Source of the DNA: Tubiluchus corallicola
Taxonomy: Eukaryota; Animalia; Priapulida
Assembly (NCBI GenBank): GCA_030141605.1
Contig: JAQGDQ010000157.1
Coordinates: 124,001-188,000, forward strand
DNA: 64,000 bases
Reading direction: 5' to 3'
In this document: piece by piece, positions 29,521-40,964 of the stretch
How positions within the stretch are numbered: the first letter of the stretch is position 1
Layout: each line of letters begins with the position of its first letter
Notes under the pieces: model-generated
Told to the model about the DNA's origin: nothing
Database searches by the model: none
The model's input: the letters and a program-made list of their open reading frames with translations, nothing else
Position numbers and translations under genes: made by a program

Positions 29521-30826
29521 TGAACAATTGGCTATGATTATCGAAATGGCATAATACTTCCGCCAGAAATTGACTTGACTGTGTAGAATGTAAGAACGAA
29601 AAGACTGTGACTGCAAGAAGTAGCTGTGACTATTTGTGTTTAGAATGGACACGTTTCCCGCATTTGCGGCGCAATTTTACCGCGAATTTTTGCGCCTGTT
29701 GACCTCTATAATTGGCGTGCGGTCCTGAGTTTTCTAACCTATTACCCAACAACATTATTGATTTTTGCTAGTTGCCATGTCACAAAACACGATCCAGGCA
29801 ATAATGGGTTTCAAAAACACAATAATACAATTATTATCCCGCACTGTTAGACAAAATGTTTCACGTGAAGCCATGTTTGACATCACGATTTTATGATAGA
29901 TATTATTCGCCCTATGTTCGCTGTTGAATGTTGTTCATTCTTTATCCAGCAATAAGTTTTTTTTATAGTTTATATTCTATATTCGTTATTTAACGATGAA
30001 TATCATTAACTTTACCTTTGGTTAGCGACGGTTCTTTACCTACAGGTTTACATGATTGATTCTGTATGATCGCTTATCCTGTATTCGCTATGCTGAGACA
30101 TTGAATGATGAAAGTTCATTTTTAAATCTCGTTCGCCTTATACCTTCAATGGAGAATATAGGCCAACCCATGTGACGGACGAAGTAGCGAATATAGGATA
30201 AGCGACCGCACAAAATGAATCATGCAAACCTGCAGATGAAAAACCATCGCTAATTAAAGGTAAAGTTAATGATATTTGTAAATAACGAATAAAGAATGGA
30301 AAAAAATTATTGCTGGATAGAAAATGAACAGCATACAACAGTAAATATAAGGCGAATAATATTTACAACGAATATACTACAACCCTTATGGCTTTTGGCG
30401 TTTCTTTTGTGCAACATCTCACAAACAGTCCTGATTTCTTAAAATTTTATAGATTTTTTGTGATTTAGGACTAAGCTGGCTAGCATAAAATGTGCTGTTC
30501 TGTCCGTCCAGTCATAGTGGCACGAAAGTAAATGATCATTCGTCGTGTGATTATTGATCACTGTTTATTTTATAACCAAAGAGTTCAGTATTGATAATTT
30601 AAAGCTCAAAATTAAAGCATAATGGCTTCTGATACTTCGTCAATAATTTTAATAGATGGCAACACTTGTTTAATATGACGTCTTAAGTAAACCTTGTAAC
30701 TCTAAGCAAAGGACTGATGACAACAAAAATCAAAACAGCAGTATCGCTCTATGAACAGAGTGCATTATCTATTGTGTTGTACTTTAATAATATCTGAGTT
30801 TCTCAAGATGAATGTTTTCGTTTCAG

Positions 30827-31277
30827 GTCTCTAGATCGTCTGATGTTCTCGAACATTCTGGGATTCATTCTCAATGTTCCCACTGACCTACGTTGGGGTT
30901 TTCTACGTCTGCCGGTGCGCCGTAAGCATTGGATTTCAATACGAAAAATCGGCCTCCTCTTTTACAACTTGGATTCCAAGTTGGACCTACCGGAGGTAAT
31001 AGGAGGAGAAGAAAATTTGCAAGAGTACCTCCGGGAGGTGCTCGTATGCAAGGATACGGAGCTCATTCTTGTCGTTGTTGGGGATCCGAAGAAAATCTGG
31101 AAAGCGCCTGATCCGGACGCTGTTGTGGTGTCTCCTGCAAAGACGGGCAAGAAGCCCAAGGTCAGGTCAAGGTCGCTTAATAGAGAGGCTGGAGCAAAAC
31201 GAACAGGACCGAGAACAATGAGCAGCGGAAGAGAAGGTTGCTCTCATCGGACCCCCACCAAGTCACCTCTTCGCTGA
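30827..31277 (+). CDS. JOSD: Josephin-domain deubiquitinase (JOSD1/2-like), terminal coding exon
   Basis: tttcag| acceptor in phase 2, continuing exon 3434-3565 (AG|G=R); SLDRLMFSNILGFILNVP...RKHWISIR...FYNLDSKL contains the catalytic His (HW) and Asp (NLDS); TGA ends at 31277. Confidence 0.95.
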
Positions 31278-31611
31278 CTGCAACTAAAAGTACCATCGTA
31301 TTGTCATGTGAATGCACTATGAAGACAGACAGACGTGGGGATTAGTCTGAATGCACCTCTATGACGGAGTAAGTGTGAAAGCACCCTAAATCTACATTAA
31401 GCGTAAATATTCAATATTGTATAACAGCTGAACTTCTTTGATGACAAATACACAACAAAGGCGAACTTACTGTATTCTGTACTGTTACAGCCTATACAAC
31501 TTTTTATTAAAAGTCGTCTTTTGGGTGAACAATTAACATTAGCTGAAAGAGCTATTATCACCGACTGTAAATAAATAACTACAACTACATAACAAAGACT
31601 GTTATTACCTC

Positions 31612-31746
31612 ACTTTTACCCTAAATACCACGCGCCAGGTAGTTCAATGGCGGTCCATTTTTAAAGTTTTTGGTATGACCTGGCTGCTGTATCGACCTCA
31701 CGACCTCCCAGACCTAAAGCGAGTGCGTTACCGCAAGGCTAAACCA
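31612..31746 (-). mobile_element. tRNA-derived SINE fragment
   Basis: reverse complement has A/B-box-like tagccttgcggt ... ggtcgataca, then ccaggtcataccaaaaactttaaaaatgg...cctggcgcgtgg..tttagggta; paralogue at 1355-1466. Confidence 0.65.
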
Positions 31747-32579
31747 TCTGGTCATGAAATATTTTTATCAGATAATCTGGAAGTGACGTCGTTCGCGAAT
31801 AATGCAAAATTGTGCTTGGTAATTTACTGATTGCTGCACTGCACTGCGCTACAATGCCTTATGACAGAGCAAGTGCAGTGTTGTGAATGGGTCGCTGGGT
31901 CTTGGGTAGGTATTGTGTAATGGGTCACTTGGATGTGAGTGTAAGGAAGGAAGGACCCAAATTTGAATTGTGTATAAATGGTGTCTAGTTTGAGGTCATT
32001 TTTTTGAAAAAAGTTGTATTTATCAAAGATTGGTTTTTACTACATTGAAACTTTTAATGATATTTTCAGGGCTAATCTTAGCTGCCTTGTAGGAATTACC
32101 ATACTACTGATAAATTTTAAGCATTTACAAATACAAATATTTGATCACAAGCTGGAATAATATTTGAGTCATTATCTTGGAGTATCGTGGGTCTGGACCA
32201 TAATGTGCCCACGAGTCACACCAAGAAGCCCCCAGGTTAAATTGATACCTATTTCGGTGCAATGTTTGAAATGGATTTCCATATAAAAGTATGAACTTAA
32301 AAATTATGGCTATTTTGGTATTTCTAATTAGAATTTCAATATTATGCTTTACGTGGAAACGTTACAAGTTAAAGTTATTTTCGTGTAATCTTGTAAATAT
32401 GTATAAGCGTACTTACAATGTAAATCTTATAAACAGTAACCTCATACTCTGCCATGGTGCTATTGTGTAAACTAATTATATGGGCATATAAAAATATTTA
32501 ATGTGATCAGAGATACCTATTATTAAAGTTTTAAAAATTACTTAGAATCTAACTAATGTCATGTGATTTTTGTACTTTC

Positions 32580-32942
32580 CTCTTTACTTGTGCACATCTT
32601 TTACGTTACTTATGTGCAGCTTTCACATTACTAATGTGCATCTTTCACATTACTTATATGCATCTTTTACATTACTTATGTGCATCATTCACATTACTTA
32701 CGTACATTTTTAACATTAGTTATGTGCATCATTCACATTACTTCTATGCATCTTTCATATTACTTGCATACACCTTTCACATTACTCATGTGCGTCTTTC
32801 ACATTATTTATGTGCATCTTTAACATTACTCATGTGCATCTTCCATATTATTTATGTCCATCTTTAACATTACTCATGTGCATCTTTCACATTACTCGTG
32901 TGCATCTTTTACATTACTCCTGTGCATCTTTTACATTACTTA
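32580..32942. repeat. Minisatellite, 22 bp unit, about 16 copies
   Basis: unit tgtgcatctttyacattactya. Confidence 0.93.
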
Positions 32943-34248
32943 TAAATTTTTCATAAATCTGTGCGTATTGCATTTCGACCGATTTCAAATTTTTAAAATT
33001 AGTCTGCATTCCCATATTCGCTGGTAGGGTTCTACTCACATTTTATTAGTCTATGTAGTTAGTCAGACTACTTATTTCCTGGCAAAACGTGTTTTCAATG
33101 ACTAGATGTCCTGTTGTATGCACGTCCTTTGTGCATAAGCATATATACTTAAATCCTTCCTTCCTGATGGCTAGCTAAGTTGCGGTTCTGTCGCCTATTA
33201 CTATTGTAACAATTACTGTTCATTACTAGTCAGCCTAGTATGCACTGCAAGGCTTTAAATGAATTTTAGAAACGAATTAATGTCAAAATTATCGCACAAA
33301 TCTAATTATTAACACTAAAAATTACAAAAATTTGTCAAGCTCGGTTGCTCCATTTCTTCACGAAGAAGTTGGTTTACGAAATTCTTATATTGATAAAAAC
33401 GTTGAAAATCTGTTGCTACTTAAAACAGCAATAACTATAAAATTTAATATTATAGTGAGGATGATTGTTTATGTTTCAAATAAACAAACATTCTTTACGT
33501 CACGTAATTCAGTTGAAATAATGTTTTTCTCGTCCAGATTACTGATTGTTGTACTTTTCATTAAAAGTCAAATTCGTTGTAGTTTGAAAGAAACCCGCTT
33601 TAGTAGCAGGTGTTTTGCTGCCCAAGGCTGATGAAGCCAACGGTAGTTCTCAGGGGTGAGATTGCCATGTGATAAATGATGCAATTTCCTTCGTGGCGAC
33701 GATTTCCACAAAGTTTGCACTTAAAAAGCGGCAGCTTAATGCTTTGTAGAATGACAAACAGGTTATTGCACATTGAAAACAATAATCGTATTTTTACCAC
33801 AATTTAAAAGTTTTGAACTGAACCGGATTTTAGAAGCATTAAAGCATTTTCATACTGTTTGAATTTCAACCTCGATTTAAATCATCAATTTGTTTTAGGC
33901 CGTGAGTTTTTACAAGTGTGAACAGATTAGAGGTTTATCTGAATGTGTGAACCGAGCTCTAAAATCAGAGTGCAGCTGGCGTAGTTTCTGTAGTCTTAAT
34001 CAGAAACATTTTCATATAACTCTAATCGAATGATATGTGATTCAGATATACATATGTTTAATTGCATAATATTGATACTTTTGTAAAACTATGCTGTATT
34101 GTTATCGCTTATAAAATATAAGATATTTTGGCACTAAGTATATTTAAATTAACATTTCCTAATATAATATTTGTTTGGCAAAGTATAAACGTGAGTGTTT
34201 TTCTCTTTGTACCATTTATTTCTATTTGACAGTGAAGAAAATTTAACA

Positions 34249-35002
34249 TTAAAAGAAGACAGGATGATTTTTCATATACTACCCCATTTTCAAATTCAAT
34301 AAAAAGTACACATTTTAACACCAATAACACTGTAAAATTCGATTCAATTCAATTCAATGATTTTTTGTTAGGCTGATTTGCATCACAAAACATTGCAACT
34401 ATATAGATAATGATAATAACAATACGATAATGAAAACAGGTACAGTTTGGAAATTGTACAAATTATAAATGTAACAGAGTTTCTGATAATTAAATAATAT
34501 ATTAAAATCATAATTAACGACGGCCGAGTCCAACTATTGATGACATCACAAACGAACGTAATTTTCAACATCAAAAAACATTCCATGAGCGTGTTGCAAG
34601 TCTTTGCGAAAGCGAAAATTGAAGTACAGTACTACTGTAAGAGATTTATTGTAAGAAAACTCGGCAAATTTTAAGATAAAAATTCGAATTTCAAATTTAC
34701 CGCTGTCGAACGTGTGCAGTTCGTCACAAACTAACCTTTCTGAACTGGTAGGTTCAGCACCTGTTTTGGTGCAATGCGTTTCCGAAGACACGCCTGCTAG
34801 TGCCTATCTATCTAATTAGCGAATGGTGAAATGCATGTAACAGCGAAGAACTAGTGGAGCAAAACTGCGGAGCGAACGTGAAATTGCGTTTGTGTAGTAG
34901 TAATTGTTTTATGCAAGTCATTCTTGACTTATGTTTCCTTTCAACATTTTAAAAAATATGATGTTTTGACCTACAGTTTAACATCGGGCCCGGTTTTGCT
35001 TT
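34249..35002 (+). mobile_element. Family B Kolobok-like element with an internal insertion
   Basis: TTAAaagaagacaggatgatttttcatatactacccc ... ttttgacctacagtttaac..cggttttgcttt. Confidence 0.8.
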
Positions 35003-35019
35003 GGACACTCACTGACACG

Positions 35020-35319
35020 TCACGTAACATTTGGGTAAAGCAAAGCCGACTGCTGCAGCAGTTCAGTAACTTCAGTTCTTTACGTGGAATTTACTTAATT
35101 TCCATTAGTCAGTGCTTAGAGTGATTTACTAGTAGGATCTTGTTTGGAACAAGAAAAATGGACTATGTAAGGTTCTAGCTAGCTGTTAGAACTGTTAGTA
35201 TTACAACAGCATGGACTGCGAGGCGTTGTCAAGTTTATTCAAATGAGTTGTCTGGTACATTTAACCTTTGACTTTTTAACGATTATCATAAAAAATCGCC
35301 GGAACTGTGAAAAGGCTTA
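35020..35319. mobile_element. MITE family A, truncated copy
   Basis: ends ggaactgtgaaaaggctta; abuts the end of a family B element. Confidence 0.85.
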
Positions 35320-35519
35320 TTAAAACCTTAGCACAAATCTCCAGTAAATTATGATTAAAATTGTCCGGCGACTTTTACCATTTTCAATCTCACATCATAC
35401 AATCTCTTCCTGTGACTGCAAAAGCCATACCATGTTATCAATATACTTCACTGCCCTCACAGGCCGCTAATAAGAGGTAAGAACTATGGCAAATAATCAA
35501 AGGTACTGCAACAATATAA

Positions 35520-35922
35520 TAAGCCTTTTCGCAGTTGCAGCGATTGATGATGATCATCAAAAGGTCATCGGTTAAGTGTACCTGACAACGCATTTGTGTA
35601 CACTTGACAACGCTTCGCAGTCCGAGCTATTGTAATACTCGCTAGAATAAACCTAGCTAGAACCTTACCTAGTTCTTTATTTCTTGTTCCCGAGCAAGAT
35701 CCTGCCAGTAAATCACTCTACACGCAGACGTAAAGTCCATACATTAAAGCATAATTAAGTAAAGTCCGCGTAAAACAACTGAAGTTCTGAACTGATGCTA
35801 CAGACGGCTTTGGTTTACAAACACGTCACGCGAGGTTATAGCTAAGACGCGTTACTGTGGTACAATGAACCTTAGACCTGCAGCAAATGTGCATGCGTAC
35901 AGCGAAACTGTGAAAAGGTTTA
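35520..35922. mobile_element. MITE family A, full-length copy
   Basis: taagccttttcgcag ... aactgtgaaaaggttta. Confidence 0.88.
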
Positions 35923-36274
35923 ATAGATTATTTAAAAAAGTGAAAACAGTAACAACACTTACAGTGTATTGGAGTTGGAAGTACATTTATTAAATAACCT
36001 TGGTAAATTTACAAAAGTGACGGATCACAAGAAAACATACATAGAAAAACAACGTTCATATCAGCTAAGGATGTAAATAGAGTTTAGAATTGCAAATTTG
36101 AAAATTGTGAGGGAAAGTACCAGGTACTGGTGAGATCATTTTCCATGCAATAAGAATTTATTTGGCCACGAAATAAAGCGAAAATAAATTGCAATAAAAT
36201 CGTGACAGTTAGTTATAACATAATGGCAACAATGCGTCCTTATGAAAAGACTTCAACATGGTCAAATCATCTAA

Positions 36275-36602
36275 TGCTGCGTTCACACAAGCGAGTTTTT
36301 TGTCGTGAGTTTTCTCTCTGACAACAAACTCGCAACTATGGACTGCTTTGCGAGTTACTCTCGGCAAAAAATTGGAAACTCTCTGACAGATGCTGTAGTT
36401 GATTTCCTGCGAGTTACTTTCCAGTGTGAAAGTCTCGGCGAGTTACTCTCGAGACTTTTCACAGTGAATAGAGACTTGGGTGTCAATTCGCGCTTACTGT
36501 CAGACGGACCAGAAAGAGTAACTCGTAGTAAGTTTTGCTATCTAATCTGAGCACGCGTGCGAGTAACTTGGCGAGAAAACTCGCTAGTCTGAACGTGCAG
36601 CT
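36275..36602. mobile_element. PIF/Harbinger-like palindromic MITE
   Basis: TIR gctgcgttcacacaagcgagtttt / aaaactcgctagtctgaacgtgcagc; internal gcgagttactctc repeats in both orientations. Confidence 0.7.
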
Positions 36603-36759
36603 AGCTCACCAATGAACTTGACAGCATAACTGTCATAAAAACAATTAATTTCGTCTCATCAGCGATTAGAAGCGTTCAAAACATTTATCGTTAATTTTAA
36701 TCCTACAACTCTGCATTGAAAGTCAGTATAAATTCATCCTAGTAAATTAACAAATTTTC

Positions 36760-37061
36760 ATTTGACAACGCTTCGCTGTCCGAGCTATTGTAATACAGTA
36801 GTAACAATTTTAACAGCTAGCTAGAACCTTACCTAGTTCACTTTTTCATATTTCCAAGCAAGATCCTGCTAGTAAATCACTCTAATGCATAATTAAGTAG
36901 TCTATTAAAACAACTGACATTACTGAATTAATGCGGTAGACGTTACTGAATTAATTGCTTGACCCACACGTTACATGACTGTTGTAAGACGCATTGCTGT
37001 ACACTTAACCTTTGACACACAGCAATTGCGCATGCGCATAGCCAAACCGTGAAAAGGATTA
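36760..37061. mobile_element. MITE family A, truncated copy
   Basis: family A internal sequence ending ccgtgaaaaggatta. Confidence 0.8.
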
Positions 37062-37691
37062 TGTGTTTCAGATGAGCTAAATACCTCATTGGGAAAGTTT
37101 CCGCACAAGGACTGATTTGATTCACATGATTTTTGCACACGCAATGACCTATCAAAAAATTTCCAGATTACATTATTACAGGTTGGCAGCACTCTGACAT
37201 CTATTAATGAAAAATGAACAGAGAGCATTAGTTAAGCTTCCATGAAATGATAATCATCAGCTGGTGCAAGATTACCAGGGTATGGTTTGTAGCAAATTAC
37301 AAATGTGCAATTCTGGAAGCAATTTATAGACTATTAGAAACCAGGAAATGGGCTCTGCGACATTTACACAAAAATAACAAACTTTTGAGCAAGAATGTCA
37401 ACTTTGCTTTTTTTCAAACATACAAATATACATGTTTTTGTCTCAGATAAAATATTGAATTGGTGTCACTCATTATAAGAAAAAATTCAAGGAATTCTCT
37501 GATTTGATTCTCTCTGCAATCAGATAATAGTCAAAAATGTTTGGCGGACCTATCAATAATTTAGTTGAAGGATGATAGCATCATCAGATCCGATTGGTAC
37601 ATCGATAGGTGACCACAAGTGAGATTGTAATTGAGTGACGTTTGCAGAATTAGGGAAATTAATCATCATTGAAACCAGTCAGGTCAGTTAA

Positions 37692-38098
37692 TAAGCCTTT
37701 TTCACAGTTCCAGTGACTGATGGTAATCATGAAAAGGTCAAATGTTAAGTGTACCAGACAACTCATTTGCGTACAGTTGACAACACCTCGCAGCCCATGC
37801 TGTTGTAATAGTAATAGTTTTGACATGTTTTAACATTTTAACAGTTAGCTAGAACCTTACCTAATTGATTTCTTGTTCCCAAGCAAGATCCTGCTAGTAA
37901 ATCACTCTATGCACAGCCTAAAGCATAATTAAGTAAAGTCCACCTAAAACAATTGAAGTTACTGAACTGACGTGGCAGACAGCTTTGCTTTACCCACATG
38001 TCACATGGTGGTTGTAGTTAAGACGCGTTGCTGTGGTACACTTAACCTTTGACCTACAGCGACTGCACGTGCACACAACGAAACTGTGAAAAGGCTTA
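37692..38098. mobile_element. MITE family A, full-length copy
   Basis: taagcctttttcacagtt ... aactgtgaaaaggctta. Confidence 0.9.
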
Positions 38099-40902
38099 TG
38101 ACCTGAATTAAAAAAAACTTAGTTTGACCTGAATTAATACAAACTGTGAACAACATGACTGTTGCTCATTTTTTTCCAGCAAATGAAGAAAATGTCTTGA
38201 ATTTAATTCATATTATGAACACTTTCAGCCAAACATGCCTACAAAAATGCACACAGACTGTTGCTGGTTAATTATTAAATACTTTATACCTACAGATGAG
38301 AGATCCATAATTAATTAAACTGCTAACACGTTAAGCTCTATTTCATGCAATATTTAGTACACGAACACACAGTGGTTAATTACAAAAATTATGCTACAAT
38401 CATTAACACCAACGTACAGATCACGTAGTGACGGTAAATAACACTCAACAACTACAACAACTGCAAATGTGCCATCAAAAATGCACAAAGTAATCAAGAG
38501 TTCGATTAAAACAATTAAATGCAATATGAAAATTCTGGCAGTGGTAGTGGTAACACTGATTAAATGACAATGCCAAAAGCTGTCTCAAACGGGAGACGGC
38601 AGACTTGAACATTTTTATGGAATTCAAGTGTGCAAGTGTTAGCAAACTTTAGAATTATCAATCAGTTTCAATTAAAAAAAAGTTAATTGGCTGCATGACT
38701 TTTGTTAAATTTAAACAGCCGTCATTGATTCGAATTTACAACAAATACTTCTGTTTCATGTGATAATTTTGCACTGTGACATGAACTTCACATTACACAA
38801 TGTTTCATAGTGCAACTTCTAAAAAAACTTCGAGTCTCAATTCATATCAACTAGCAAGCCAAACAGAAACTGCCTGACAGCGATTAGGCTAGGGAAATTA
38901 CACCAGCGTTTTAGAAAGTTAATTAAGTTTACCAGAGAAGTTGCTAAATGCTAATTTATGCATGAGCATAAATTAACAATTCAGCAGAGTTGGTTAACAC
39001 TTCAAAAACGGATTAGACGAACCAGCAAATAAAACGGTTCGTAAAGTGTCGGTTAAGAAAATTGTTTCTAACAAAATGCTAACTTGCTGCTTGTAATTCA
39101 TAATTTACTGAGAAAATTTACATGCATAATTAGTGAGTTCATTAAAGCTAAACGAATTTTGCAGCCTGCTGAATTTACCTAAATATTTCATTAAAACATT
39201 TCCTGTACCAACAAATTAATTAATTTTGGGCTAAATTCATTAGTGCGAGATATTATTGAACACCACACAGGTCAACAAGACATGATTTAAATGGCAAAAA
39301 GATAAAAAGATATTAAATGAACTACACTGGCAAAAAACTGAGGGAATTTATACTTAACTCCTTCAAGACCACACCATTCATAATAGGTCTTATAAGACCT
39401 ATGACTTTTCTATTACTGTATGAACACATACATAACTAAATGATTTCAAATTAGGTACTGTTCTATTCAGGAGAATCTCGGTTATCCAATCATGCTATTT
39501 GTTTGAGCACTTATAAACGATTTAATTGGATAAAATTAAGAAAAACAAGCCCTTTTCAGGCACTCCAACTTAGCCTATTGGGTAGTTTAGTCTGGTGTAC
39601 ACTTGTGCGGTTGTACACACTATTTTATTGCTGCAGCCCAAGAGAGCAGTCTGCTGTACAGAGTTCCAGGAAAAACCAACTGATCACCCAAGGAGAAATT
39701 AAGGTCTTTTCATCTTTTAACAGGAATTTCTCCTTAAAAATGCAGAAGACTTGAGGCTAAAGAGAATCAAAGTGTTGTGTCTGGACAGTGAAAATTTCCT
39801 GCATTAGCCAATTTCACACAAGTGATACTACATTGTTACAGTGCACAATCTGCAATTACTGAAAGCTTCTTTCAATTTTTTCGACAAAATTTATTTTAAA
39901 TTTGTCTAAGGTAAGCAAATGCATTTTATATATAATTTTGGATGAAAATGCATTGGGTGAGTAAAAACCTACAATTATAATGTAATCGCTGCTTGGTGAG
40001 AGCAGTTTTTCGTGAACCCATGCAAAATATAGCAAATGCTTATGGTCCTGAAGAAGTTAAACTTCTTTCTATATGTAGGTATTAAACAACTGTATAAAGA
40101 GATGGGATGGATGGTACATTTGGGACATTTAGATCTTATAACTCCTTGCCTATTAATGCAAGACAGAAACCATCTGCTTTACAAAAAAATGAATTGTAGC
40201 ATCAGCTCTGAGCATGATTGTTCTATGGTAGTGCTATGTTACGGAAATGTGTTAGGTCTATACAATACACACTATCTACACATTATCTACGTCAAACACT
40301 ATACAATTTGTACACTCTTTAGTCTTTCGCAGACAGTCTCGTTCTTTTAGGTTTCCGAGCAGTTTGAAAGTGTAAAACACTTCAAAGAGTTGGCCATAAT
40401 CGATGTAACCAAAAACATAGTCATTTTGATATCAATCATTTGTACTTGTTTTCACACTTTCCAATGCCTGCCTCCTGTATCATTCAATCTGGTATGCATA
40501 ATTTGCAGTTCAGTCGTTAACATTAGACACAATCAGTCATTATGCACTAACTGAGCTATCCCACAATTTCCGCACTTCTTCAGCTTCATCAATTAACATC
40601 TTTCGTCCATCTTTAAAAACATCTGCTTTGCTGTAATTGTCTGATCAATTCTTACCAATAAGAAATGTTGTTTTCCAATAAGTAATAAATAAAATTTGTG
40701 GTCATTTGGTCTAAACTACACTCAGTTTATGCCAATTACATAGCAACCTGGTGTAGACTATTCACAATTTATACACAGTAAACATTTGTTCTGAGCATTT
40801 GCATTCTGCACGGTAAATGACCCAGTTTAGATCAGCAAGCATTTACACACACGCGCGACTGCAATGCACAAAGCTCAACCTTGACAATACGGTCTATATC
40901 AT

Positions 40903-40964
40903 TCACATGCCGCTGTACGGTTTGTGCGGGTATTGACCGGATGGCGGCGTATCCTGAGGATGTC
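40903..40964 (-). CDS. UBN: UBN terminal coding exon 17
   Basis: strong pyrimidine tract tgtttttctttag|; (G)[19 protein letters not shown]; phase 1 fits. Confidence 0.78.
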
